A stretch of 64,000 bases of DNA from Patescibacteria group bacterium (GTDB lineage: Bacteria; Patescibacteriota; Minisyncoccia; Phycocordibacterales; PALSA-1337), in NCBI GenBank assembly GCA_038065395.1, contig JBBTRB010000004.1, positions 6,042 to 70,041 on the forward strand. Reading direction: 5' to 3'. This document shows positions 49,607 to 61,100 of this stretch, piece after piece; position 1 is the stretch's first letter; the number at the start of each line of letters is the position of its first letter. The translations under genes and the position numbers were made by a program. The notes under the pieces were generated by a model. That model had not been told where the DNA came from, ran no database searches, and saw nothing but the letters and a program-made list of their open reading frames with translations.

Positions 49607-49651
49607 TCTTGCGATCGGCAAATTTTAAGTCTGCTGCGTAAACCAATTCCG
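49568..49651 (-). tRNA. tRNA-Leu (anticodon TAA), long variable arm
   Basis: Reverse complement GCCCGGGTGGCGGAATTGG...ACTTAAAATTTGC...GGGTTCGACTCCCACCCCGGGCA folds as a type II tRNA. Confidence 0.8.
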
Positions 49652-49752
49652 CCACCCGGGCATGGGTACACGATATCATGTATGTATAAGGGATTCCAAT
49701 ATATAAAAAACCCCACCGCGTCAGTTGCGGTGGGGGGGTGTTGTCGGTCTCG

Positions 49753-50037
49753 TCACTTTTGCAATCTTGATAAGATCCGAGAACCAACACAAAAGAGGGT
49801 AATCATCATTCCTACAATTAAGTAAAGGATTACCGCAGCCGAGGGGGACAAGTGAAAGATCGCGCCAGCAAAGGAAGAGAGGGAAAACATGAGTGATCCG
49901 AAAAATTGCGTAGCTGAGACCCAGAAGCCTTTGATGGCAAAAAAGATCCCGAATGATCCGATAAGAACAAGGATAATGTGAAATGTTCCAATGTTTTCGA
50001 ACATACCAACTCCTGTGGTTGAAGGTTGTAAGAGCAA
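49753..50037 (-). CDS. Hypothetical small membrane protein
   Basis: ORF with 3 TM helices. Hairpin CCCCACCGC-n-GCGGTGGGG with T6 on the minus strand at ~49708-49742 downstream. Confidence 0.35.
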   Translation of the reverse strand: MLLQPSTTGVGMFENIGTFHIILVLIGSFGIFFAIKGFWVSATQFFGSLMFSLSSFAGAIFHLSPSAAVILYLIVGMMITLFCVGSRILSRLQK

Positions 50038-50260
50038 AAAAGACCAGACAATACTCTACCAATTTTGAATGATATCGTCAAACACTTGAATAATGAGGCC
50101 ACGGCGAGATCGGTCCTTACAGGACCAGTACAGGCTTCGCGTCTCATTTCGTTCCTCGGCAAGCTCGGAACTCATTGCGACATGCTCAGCCTTTTCGATT
50201 CTCGCACGCAAAGCCCGCAGAGGCTTTGCTCTCTGAGGTAGACTGCTAAAGTTCGTAGTG

Positions 50261-50332
50261 AGGCCACGGCGAGAATCGAACTCGCGTATAGCGGTTTTGC
50301 AGACCGCCGAATTACCACTTTTCTACGTGGCC
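50261..50332 (-). tRNA. tRNA-Cys (anticodon GCA)
   Basis: Acceptor GGCCACG/CGTGGCC, anticodon arm GCGGT-CTGCAAA-ACCGC, T-arm GCGAG-TTCGATT-CTCGC, discriminator U. Confidence 0.7.
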
Positions 50333-50396
50333 AGGGAAACTCAAGAAATTAGAAAAAAGAGATTAGAGATTGGAAAAATCTGTGATTTTCTAATAT

Positions 50397-50762
50397 CTAA
50401 TTACTAATCTCTTGTGACTTAGTATCTCCTATCTTACCTATTTCGTCCATCCTCTGTCGGTTCTTCTCGCCACTATCGATACGCACTTCGAAGAAAGGTA
50501 CACGTTGGACACGTGAATTTTTCATAACATATTCTCGGAACTCGGAGAGCTGACGCTTGGCGAACTCGAGTGCCGCTTGCTCCTTGTCCTCAGGAAGCAC
50601 CGTGATCAAGATGATCGCTTTGGAGGCACGATTGCGTAGGTCGATATTGGTGACCGTGATCAGGGATTGGCGGTTCGACTCGCGTGAGAAATAATCCGCT
50701 GCCAGTGCTCGGATGATCTCTTTGAGTTTGTCGTCTTTTTGATTCATGGGAGTGTGCGTCAT
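50397..50762 (-). CDS. rbfA: Ribosome-binding factor A
   Basis: 121 aa, KH-like RbfA pattern (LITVTNIDL...ASKAIILITVL...RVPFFEVRID), located directly downstream of infB. Confidence 0.7.
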   Translation of the reverse strand: MTHTPMNQKDDKLKEIIRALAADYFSRESNRQSLITVTNIDLRNRASKAIILITVLPEDKEQAALEFAKRQLSEFREYVMKNSRVQRVPFFEVRIDSGEKNRQRMDEIGKIGDTKSQEISN

Positions 50763-50794
50763 CCCCTCGAAGGAGGGGATCTACGCTTTGGTAT

Positions 50795-52375
<1,581 letters not shown>

Positions 52376-52449
52376 AGAGAGAAATCCAGTCTAGCAGGAA
52401 AAGCGTTTATTGACAACAAAAACTTTGAATGATGGAGTGAATATGCTTT

Positions 52450-52932
52450 TTATTTCCCCAACCCGGTCTTTGCATTCTCCAGCGACTCTACTTCTTCGTC
52501 TGATAGCTCGTGTTCCGTAACGTGTCTCTTGAGAGGTTTGGCGAAGACGCTGACATGGTCGCGAGAATAGAGACTAGAGAGGATCACACCATCACCTTCT
52601 TCGTTGATGAGTGTGGTCGCGAAGCTCTGGTTGCTACCGCCACCAGTACCCTTGAAGGGGTTGAAGCGGATCGTGTGTACCGACTGGATACTCTTGCGCA
52701 GGCGTTTCTCGACACCAGAGAGATAGGTTTCGAGCTCTGCTCGGAATGAGTGGAGGTTTTTGAGGTCACTGGAGACAGATGCGAGTGAGTCAGTGATCGT
52801 GTCTGAGTCTACATTGACCAGAAATTTCTTGAGTTTGGTGTGGAGCATCGTAACCCAGATGATAAGGACGACTACCAAGACAAAGAGGATGATCACGGCA
52901 ACAGCGAGTGGGTTTTCAAAAATAGAATTCAT
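52450..52932 (-). CDS. Hypothetical membrane-anchored protein (N-terminal TM, coiled-coil, FNPFKGTGGGSNQSF motif)
   Basis: Start moved to MNSIFENPL inside track ORF 52450-53100. Confidence 0.45.
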   Translation of the reverse strand: MNSIFENPLAVAVIILFVLVVVLIIWVTMLHTKLKKFLVNVDSDTITDSLASVSSDLKNLHSFRAELETYLSGVEKRLRKSIQSVHTIRFNPFKGTGGGSNQSFATTLINEEGDGVILSSLYSRDHVSVFAKPLKRHVTEHELSDEEVESLENAKTGLGK

Positions 52933-53278
52933 ACATCTATTATACCTATACAAGAGGTTCTTGCACCTTTTGTCTGGAGGGTGTACGCTTGTTGTCAGTG
53001 CACATTTTATATGGATTGTTAGTGGTACTTGCATCCGCAAGTTACCAGGGAACACTCGATGAAGGTCGTCGAGCAGATCTTCTTGTGCTTGCCGCTGCAC
53101 AGGATACGATCCAAGAACAAACTCTTTGGTTTGTACAGAATGACACCACTGTCGAATGGTCGCATCGAGATGAACTCTCTTTCGCTACCGTCTTCGGTTC
53201 TGACATTTTTACGAAAAGCCAGATTGTCTTTTGCCCCGATATTTCGGCACGCGATCCTCCGCTTACAGTGAGGCGGGT

Positions 53279-53406
53279 GATAGAGGTCTCACAGCGACCT
53301 CTATCGTCCCGATCTCATTACAACTCAAGACACTCTTGAGGAATTGGCTAGCTTTTAACTCAAACAATTATCCCGCCATGTGCCGAACATGGCGGATTTT
53401 TATTTT
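53279..53406 (+). promoter_or_regulatory. Candidate structured leader/attenuator (or small RNA): three hairpins ending in an intrinsic terminator (CCGCCATGT-gccga-ACATGGCGG followed by ATTTTTTATTTT at 53373-53406) only ~19 nt before the cysteine desulfurase start
   Basis: Perfect 10-bp hairpin GATAGAGGTC-tcacagc-GACCTCTATC (53279-53305), 7-bp hairpin CTCAAGA-cac-TCTTGAG (53324-53340), and the terminator hairpin. Confidence 0.35.
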
Positions 53407-53424
53407 CTACGCTATATTGACAAT

Positions 53425-54663
53425 ATGAGACGTATATATCTTGATTATGCTTCGCTCACGCCGGTTGATCCGCGTGTAACGGCAGAAATAAAGAAGTATT
53501 CAACCCAAGAATACGCCAACTCTTCTTCTTTGTACAAAGAGGGTGTATCTGCACGTACCGTCATTGAAAGTAGTCGCAAAAAGGTCTCTGACATGCTCCA
53601 TGCATTGCCAGATGAGATAGTCTTCACCTCTGGTGGCACCGAGGCCAATGGTCTCGCACTCGAAGGTGTGGGACGAGCAGCACATAGGAATGGCTTTACG
53701 AAACCACACCTTATCATTTCTGATATTGAACATTCATCCATCAGAGAATATGCCGCTATGATGGAAAAGCACGGCGTCGAAGTCACCCGTGTCGCGGTAG
53801 GTGCTGACGGTATTGTTTCTGCCGAAGATATCAAAAAGGCCATTCGACCCGAGACGTTCCTGGTATCAATCATGTACGTCAACAATGAGATCGGCACAGT
53901 CCAGCCAATACGTGAGATCGCAAAAGTGATCCGTCAGGCACGCAAAGAATTTTCAAAAGAAGGGGAAGATCGTCGATATCCGCTTTTCCATACTGACGCA
54001 TGTCAGGCACCACTCCATCTGGATATGAACGTTTCTCAACTTGGTGTCGACATGATCACGCTCGATGGAGGTAAGGTCTATGGTCCACGAGGTGTCGGAT
54101 GTCTCTATGTGCGAAGAGGAACTCCGATCGAGCCGATCATGTATGGTGGTGGTCAGGAGAGAGGTCTTCGCTCGGGTACCGAGAACGTCGCTGGTATTGC
54201 GGGCTTCGCTCGGGCTTTAGAATTGGCGACCATCATGAAAGAAAAAGAATCGCAGCGAATAGGGGAGTTGAGAGACTTTTTCATTGAAGAGTTACAAAAA
54301 ATAAAACCAGGTATTACGGTGAATCCAAGAGTTTTTTCAAATTCAGACAGGGGGGTGGAGGATAAAGATTTCTCAAAAATAGCAAAAATGGCTGAAGTGA
54401 CAAGAAAAGTTGTCACTTCGCCCCATATTCTCAATGTTTCAATTCCGGGCATCGATAACGAGTTTCTCCTCTTCCAGCTCGACGCGGGAGGAGTCGCTGT
54501 CTCGACCAAGAGCTCGTGTCTCCGTGATGAGGACGAGTCATACGTCCTGAAGGCGCTCGGTGCAGATACCACAACCTCCATCCGATTCTCTTTCGGCAGA
54601 TGGACCAAGAAAGGCCATATCTGCTCCACCCTTAAGATAGTAAAGAAGTTGCTGAATAAGTAG
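53425..54663 (+). CDS. iscS: Cysteine desulfurase (class V aminotransferase, NifS/IscS-like)
   Basis: IYLDYASLTPVDPRV N-terminus, PLP-binding region (HTDACQA...), catalytic SSCLRDEDES loop. Confidence 0.85.
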   Translation: MRRIYLDYASLTPVDPRVTAEIKKYSTQEYANSSSLYKEGVSARTVIESSRKKVSDMLHALPDEIVFTSGGTEANGLALEGVGRAAHRNGFTKPHLIISDIEHSSIREYAAMMEKHGVEVTRVAVGADGIVSAEDIKKAIRPETFLVSIMYVNNEIGTVQPIREIAKVIRQARKEFSKEGEDRRYPLFHTDACQAPLHLDMNVSQLGVDMITLDGGKVYGPRGVGCLYVRRGTPIEPIMYGGGQERGLRSGTENVAGIAGFARALELATIMKEKESQRIGELRDFFIEELQKIKPGITVNPRVFSNSDRGVEDKDFSKIAKMAEVTRKVVTSPHILNVSIPGIDNEFLLFQLDAGGVAVSTKSSCLRDEDESYVLKALGADTTTSIRFSFGRWTKKGHICSTLKIVKKLLNK

Positions 54664-54862
54664 CCACAGATAAAGGTATCGGAATCAAAATAAGGCGAGC
54701 AGAACATGTATCGAGAAGTGCCCTGCGAGCGCGACTGGCGCGAGCACGAGGAATTTTTCAGCAGAAAAATATCCGTGCACTTCGAGATATATGTTCTGGG
54801 AGCCGTACCAGCTTCAGACTAACCTTGCAATATATAGCCCATTCTGTTACTATCTCTCCCAC

Positions 54863-55228
54863 ATGTTAATGATCCGCCTACAACGCACAGGACGCAACCA
54901 CGAACCAACATTCCGTGTTGTATTGACCGAGTCCAAGAACGGCCCTCGCAGTGGCAAATATCTCGAGAATCTCGGCTGGTATGATACCCGCATCCAGAAC
55001 AAGCTCGAACAGCTCGATGTCGAGAAGATCAAGTACTGGATGTCTCAGGGTGTCAAACTCTCGTTGACCCTCCACAACTTCCTCGTCTCCAACAAGGCGA
55101 TCGCTGGCAAGAAGCTCAACGCATTGCCAAAGAAGACCGTCATCAAGAAAGACGCTCCTGCCGAGGCGGCTCCTGTCGCAGAAGCTGCTCCAGTTCCTAC
55201 CGAAGCTCCTGCAGTTGCAACAGCCTAA
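54863..55228 (+). CDS. rpsP: 30S ribosomal protein S16 with Ala/Pro/Glu-rich C-terminal extension
   Basis: MLMIRLQRTGRNHEPTFRVVLTESKNGPRSGKYLENLGWYDTR matches the S16 N-terminal consensus. Confidence 0.8.
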   Translation: MLMIRLQRTGRNHEPTFRVVLTESKNGPRSGKYLENLGWYDTRIQNKLEQLDVEKIKYWMSQGVKLSLTLHNFLVSNKAIAGKKLNALPKKTVIKKDAPAEAAPVAEAAPVPTEAPAVATA

Positions 55229-55333
55229 CTTTTCTTTTACCCACATATGCCTTGCGTGGCATGTTGCATTTGTTACACTTATCGCAGTACAGATCTCTGT
55301 ACCTCTTACTAATTATCTTCTAACACGACGATT

Positions 55334-55663
55334 ATGCAGCCAGATCAGCAATTTCTAGAATACGTTATCAAGGCTTTGGTAGATGCTCCAGATCAAGTAA
55401 AGGTCAACCGTACCGTAGATGAGATGGGAGTACTCCTTACGCTTGAAGTCGGCGCAGCAGATATGGGCAAGATCATCGGCCGACAGGGCAATACTGCCAA
55501 GGCAGTTCGCACACTCTTGCGCGTCGTGGGTATGAAGAACAACTCTCGTGTTAACCTCAAGATCAACGAGCCAGTCGGTGGTCTCAAGTCAGCAGAACGT
55601 ATGGCTGGATCTCCAACCGCAAAGACGATCGAAGAGGCTATGGCGGATCTCAAGCTCGAGTAA
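55334..55663 (+). CDS. KH-domain RNA-binding protein (UPF0109/YlqC-like)
   Basis: GKIIGRQGNTAKAVRTLLRV GXXG KH motif; conserved position after rpsP. Confidence 0.75.
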   Translation: MQPDQQFLEYVIKALVDAPDQVKVNRTVDEMGVLLTLEVGAADMGKIIGRQGNTAKAVRTLLRVVGMKNNSRVNLKINEPVGGLKSAERMAGSPTAKTIEEAMADLKLE

Positions 55664-55687
55664 AGAAGCAACAAGAAAAAAGCAAAA

Positions 55688-55721
55688 ATCACCCCGAGTA
55701 ACGTCGAAGGGTGATTTTTTG
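55688..55721 (+). terminator. Intrinsic terminator (ATCACCC-n14-GGGTGAT followed by TTTTTTG)
   Basis: Seen right after the KH-protein stop. Confidence 0.5.
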
Positions 55722-55760
55722 TTACGAAGATGCTACCTTGGTTGTAGAAAGGTTTTTTAC

Positions 55761-56009
55761 ATGAAAACAAAAAGAACATTTGGACAGTGGCGCAAATTGT
55801 ATTTTGGAGCACTTCGGAAAAGTGATGAGGCGCTCGATTTGTTTCAGGAGATGCTCATGGTGGCCAAATTCAAGGAAGAATTTCAAGAACTCCTGAGAAT
55901 CATATGGAGCGATGATCTGCTTCCTTTGGGTCATCCGGTGATCGGTTTCTGTACAACAGGGGTATGTGTTGCGACCATGTATTCTGTGCCGGAGAAATCC
56001 CCTCGCTGA
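55761..56009 (+). CDS. Hypothetical small protein
   Basis: ORF starting MKTKRTFGQW; weak support. Confidence 0.3.
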   Translation: MKTKRTFGQWRKLYFGALRKSDEALDLFQEMLMVAKFKEEFQELLRIIWSDDLLPLGHPVIGFCTTGVCVATMYSVPEKSPR

Positions 56010-56044
56010 CAGGTTTGCAAGAAACAATTAACCAGGAGTATTCC

Positions 56045-56509
56045 ATGAATCATGTACACTACCAGTGTCATGTCAAAGTCAAGAAGTATAAAGTGCAGTA
56101 TGTCGGTGCCATTGCATTATGGGAATCGGGAGGAGGGCGACAAATCTTGTATTTCGATTCCAATAACCTCAATAAGCGAACGAAGGCCGAAATAACTTTC
56201 TTCACTGATTGTGCGTGTTCAAATATGTTTGCACACATGAAGCATTCAGCAGCTAAAGAACTTCGAAGACCTCGTCAAGCTGAATTACCCGTCTTCGCAT
56301 TCGGAGATTGTAATCGGTTTCAGCGGATTATTCTCATACCAGTCTTCACTGGCATAGAATTGACCCTCCACACAAATAAGGCTGTCCTAAAAGAACGTGG
56401 CTCTTGTACCTTGGTAAGTGGTGGGCAAATGCAGATCGAATTTTCAGAGGTTGATGAGTGGTGTCTGCAGCATATCCTGAGAAGACCGCTCGAGGCATTC
56501 ATCCAGTGA
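56045..56509 (+). CDS. Hypothetical protein
   Basis: ORF starting MNHVHYQCHV; several Cys/His residues; no family recognised. Confidence 0.35.
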   Translation: MNHVHYQCHVKVKKYKVQYVGAIALWESGGGRQILYFDSNNLNKRTKAEITFFTDCACSNMFAHMKHSAAKELRRPRQAELPVFAFGDCNRFQRIILIPVFTGIELTLHTNKAVLKERGSCTLVSGGQMQIEFSEVDEWCLQHILRRPLEAFIQ

Positions 56510-56568
56510 CAAACTCACTCATTCGTGGTACAGTTAGTATCACGATTTTTTGTTGCACAGATATTGCC

Positions 56569-57288
56569 ATGACCACCTTCCACGTCATAACTTTGTTTCC
56601 AGAGAGCCTCGATTCGTATGTGAATACGTCTATTTTGAAACGCGCCCAAGAGAAAGGCCTTATTTCTATACAGTATTACAATCCTCGCGACTTTGTGGAG
56701 GTTCCCAAAGGCAAGATTCCTTCATATGCAGATCGTAGAGTAGACAATCGTCCTTATGGTGGTGGTCCAGGGATGGTGATAGAAGCACTTCCGGTGATAA
56801 AGGCGATTGAAGAAGCATTGAAGCATTCAACAATTAAACAATCCGAAAAAGGTAAAAGCAAGAAGTCTATGGCGCAGGTTAAAATAATTTTCTTTTCACC
56901 AGCCGGAGAACAATTCACCAACAAAGTCGCAGAGAAGTTCAAGAAATACACTGACATCGTCATGGTTTGTGGCCGTTATGAGGGTATCGATGCCCGTATC
57001 AAGAAAGCATTCCCCATGATCGACATCTCAGTTGGTCCATATGTGCTCACTGGTGGCGAACTTCCGGCTATGATCATCATCGACACCATTACTCGTCGTA
57101 TTCCAGGTGTTCTCGGTGATATCCAGTCACTAGAAGAAGAACGCATAGCAAGCCCTGATGTCTACACTCGTCCTGAAGTCATCGAGTACAAGGGCAAAAA
57201 GCTTCGTGTTCCCAAGATCCTGCTCTCAGGGCACCATAAGGAAATGGAAAAATGGAAGGAAGAAAGAAAAGGAAAAGGGAAGAAGTAA
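56569..57288 (+). CDS. trmD: tRNA (guanine37-N1)-methyltransferase with an internal Lys-rich insertion and Lys-rich C-tail
   Basis: MTTFHVITLFPE N-terminus, RPYGGGPGMV SAM-binding knot motif, GRYEGIDAR, VLTGGELPAM. Confidence 0.8.
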   Translation: MTTFHVITLFPESLDSYVNTSILKRAQEKGLISIQYYNPRDFVEVPKGKIPSYADRRVDNRPYGGGPGMVIEALPVIKAIEEALKHSTIKQSEKGKSKKSMAQVKIIFFSPAGEQFTNKVAEKFKKYTDIVMVCGRYEGIDARIKKAFPMIDISVGPYVLTGGELPAMIIIDTITRRIPGVLGDIQSLEEERIASPDVYTRPEVIEYKGKKLRVPKILLSGHHKEMEKWKEERKGKGKK

Positions 57289-57436
57289 TCCGACAACATT
57301 TTCTGCGGTCTGCACACTTGTGTACTACGCGGGTAAATATCTATAATTAGCACATACATCAACAGTTCAGGTTGCAACCGAATTCTCCATAAGCGCGGTT
57401 GTATGTGGCTTCTTATCCATATAAATACGAACATAT

Positions 57437-57766
57437 ATGAATCAAAAGATACTTTCACCTATGCAACATGATTATGTAACAAAGAAAGAGTTCAACGAAT
57501 TCAGAGACGAGATGTATGAATTCAGAACTGATATGGCTATTCGGTTCGATAACGTCGAAAAGAGCATTCGAGACCTCAGATCATACGTCGATGAGGGTTT
57601 TAGTAAGATGGAAGAATATATCAATAACAGTTTTATGGCCTTTGGTAGCGAGATAGATATAAAACTCGATAAACACAAAAAGGAGATACTGGAGGAGGTG
57701 CCAGGGATCATAGCGGTCGAAGTCCGCAAGGTGTTCCAAGAGTATTTCCCTAATCCACGAACATAA
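57437..57766 (+). CDS. Hypothetical protein (AT-rich gene, predicted coiled-coil)
   Basis: ORF only; low GC. Confidence 0.4.
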   Translation: MNQKILSPMQHDYVTKKEFNEFRDEMYEFRTDMAIRFDNVEKSIRDLRSYVDEGFSKMEEYINNSFMAFGSEIDIKLDKHKKEILEEVPGIIAVEVRKVFQEYFPNPRT

Positions 57767-58111
57767 CTATGGGTAAGTCCCTCTATCCACTTGACACATA
57801 CGTTTCTATTTGCTAGCCTCAACCTAACTTCGCAGATTGAGTTCTGCTGTGCCATACCGAAGTTCCGATGCGCATCGGAACGAAGGTTGGCCATAAAGCG
57901 GAGGATTACAAGGCTCAAAATTGATCCTACCTGTGCATATATTACTCTAACGTGACATCGAGACACCACTCCATTTACCTGGCGGTGGATTTTTGCGTCT
58001 TTACATGTCCGTAGAAAAGGGGAGATATTCACAAGGTTTCCACAGGTTAATATGAGAGAGATGTGATACGCATTGAGTTCGGTTTTATTTTAATAATCCT
58101 TTACTATACCC

Positions 58112-61100
58112 ATGTCGAATACTACCTCTGTACGCCCGAAGAAATATTTTAGTCGATACCAAGTGCCGTTGGCAGAGATGCCTAACTTCGTAGAGTCACA
58201 GAATGCCTCCTTCACCTGGCTCGTCGAGCAAGGTCTCTCCAACCTGCTCAAAGACTTCTCTCCGATCAAAGACTATGCGGAGAAGAAGTTCGAACTTTCG
58301 ATCAGTGATGCCGAACTCATCCTGCCAAAGTTCGACGAACACTATGCCAAGCTCAACAAGCTCAACTACGAAGGTCAGATCAAAGTCCGCGTAACCCTCA
58401 AGAATAAATCTTTGAATGTGGTCAAAGAACAAGAGATGTTCCTGGCTGACTTCCCAGTCATGACCGATCATGGCACCTTCATCATCAACGGTGTCGAGCG
58501 CGTGATCGCACCTCAACTTGCTCGTTCATTCGGCATTTTCTTTACCTCGAATGAGCTCAAAGGCAAGACCTTTTTTGGAGCCAAGATTATCCCTGCACGT
58601 GGAGTATGGATGGAGATCGAGATGGATTCAGACGGCGTCATCTACTGCCGTATCGACCGCAAGCGCAAATTCCCGGTAACATCTCTCCTCCGTATCCTCG
58701 GTGCAGAGAGCAACGAGAAGATCGAAGATCTCTTCAAGGGCAACCCAGATCTCAAGAAGATCATCGAGATGACTATCGCCAAGGATCATGCAAAGACAAC
58801 CGACGATGCATACATCGAGATCCACAAGCGTCTCCGTGACGGAGATCTTGCGACTCCTGAGAATGCTCGTTCATTCATCCAGGCCCTTCTCAAGGCTGAC
58901 CGCTATGACATCTCTCGTGTCGGACGTTTTCGTTTTAACAAGCGTTTCGGCAAGTCTATGGAAGAGAAAGAGCTAGAACGTCGCACGTTGTCACTCGATG
59001 ATGTTGCTACTACGATCGCACACATCGTGACTCTGTCGCTCGATCCAGAGATGCAGGCTGACGATATCGACCACCTCGGTTCACGCCGTGTACGTTATGT
59101 CGGTGAACTCCTCGAACAACGTATCCGTCTCGGTCTCACCCAGATGAAGCGTAATATCCAGGACAAGATGTCGACCGTCGAACCAGACGTGACTCTCCCT
59201 GTTTCATTCATCTATCCACGCCCACTCCAGGCTCGTATCAAAGAATTCTTCACAACTAACCAGTTGTCACAATTCATGGCGCAGGAGAACGTCCTGGCCG
59301 AAGTCGAACATCTCCGTACGCTCACTGCACTCGGTCCCGGCGGTCTTTCTCGTGAACGTGCAGGATTCGAAGTCCGCGACGTGCACCCATCTCACTACGG
59401 CCGTCTCTGCCCGATCCATACTCCAGAAGGTCCGAACATCGGTCTGGTGCTTCGTCTGACAACCTATGCTCGTATCAATGATTTTGGCATGATCGAAACT
59501 CCGTACGCCAAGGTCAAGAACGGCAAAGTCACCAAAGAGATCGTCTATCTCAACGCGCTCGAAGAAGAGAACTTCCGTATCGCTCACGCCGCAACTCCAT
59601 ATGACAAAGATGGCGTCATCACTGACGATGAGGCCGAAGTTCGCCGCAATGGCAAACCAGAGCTCGCCAAGAAAAACGAGATCGACTACATCGACGTTGC
59701 AACCAACCAGGCATTCTCGATCGCCACGTCCCTCATTCCGTTCCTTAACCATGACGATGCGAACCGTGCGTTGATGGGATCGAACATGCAAAAGCAGGCA
59801 ACGCCATGTCTCGTACCTGAGGCACCATTCGTTGCAACTGGCATGGAAAGCAAAGCAGTCCTCGATACTGGTCGCATAGTTGTTGCCCCAGAAGATGGCG
59901 AGATCACTCATCTCGATGCCAAGAGTCTGACATTCAAGTCCAAGAAAACAGGCAAGAGTACTACATACAATCTCGTACTCTTCTCACGAACCAACGGCTT
60001 CACCGTATTCCATCAGCGTCCGATCGTCTCTCTCGGCGACACTGTCAAGAAGGGTGATGTCCTCGTTGACACCTCAACATCTGACAAGGGACAGATCGCA
60101 CTCGGTCACAACGCACTTGTCGCCTTCATGTCATGGTCTGGATCCAACTACGAAGACGCGATCATCCTCTCTGAACGTGTGGTCAAGAATGCAAAGTGGA
60201 GTTCTATCCATATCGAAGAGTTCGTAGTCAACGTCCGTGACACCAAGCTCGGTCCCGAAGTCACGACCTGTGATATCCCGAACGTTGCTGAGGCCAAGCT
60301 CAAGAACCTGACCGAAGAAGGTATCGTCCGCATCGGTGCAGAAGTTCGTCCAGGCGACATCCTCGTCGGCAAGATCTCTCCGAAAGGCGAGACACAGCTG
60401 ACTCCAGAAGAGCGCCTGCTCCGTTCTATCTTCGGTGAGAAAGCCCGCGATGTGAAAGACACCTCCAAGCGCATGGAGAACGGCAAGCGTGGTCGCGTGA
60501 TCTCAGTCAAAGTATTCTCACGTGAACGTGGTAACAAGCTCGAGTCAGGCATCATCAAGAAGATCTACATCGAAGTTGCCCAAGTCCGTAACGTCTCTGT
60601 CGGTGACAAGATGGCCGGACGTCACGGTAACAAAGGTGTTATCTCACGTATCCTCCCAGAAGAAGATATGCCATACATGGAAGACGGTACACCTGTTGAC
60701 GTGATCCTCACACCACTCGGCGTGCCTTCACGTATGAACCTCGGTCAGATCTTGGAACTCCACCTCGGACTTGCGGCAAGTGCTCTCGGATATCAGGCGA
60801 TCGTCCCACCATTTGTGGGAGCTACCGACGCTGAGATCAAAGAAGAGCTCGTGAAAGCTGGCTATGACAAGTCAGGCAAGATGCTCCTGCGCGATGGTCG
60901 CACCGGTGAACACTTCGACCAGCCAGTTGCAGTCGGATACATGTACATCCTCAAGCTGCACCACATGGTGGAAGACAAGATCCACATGCGCTCTATCGGT
61001 CCGTACTCTCTCATCACGCAACAGCCACTCGGCGGTAAGGCACAAGGTGGAGGTCAGCGTTTTGGAGAAATGGAAGTCTGGGCACTCCTCGGTCACGGTG

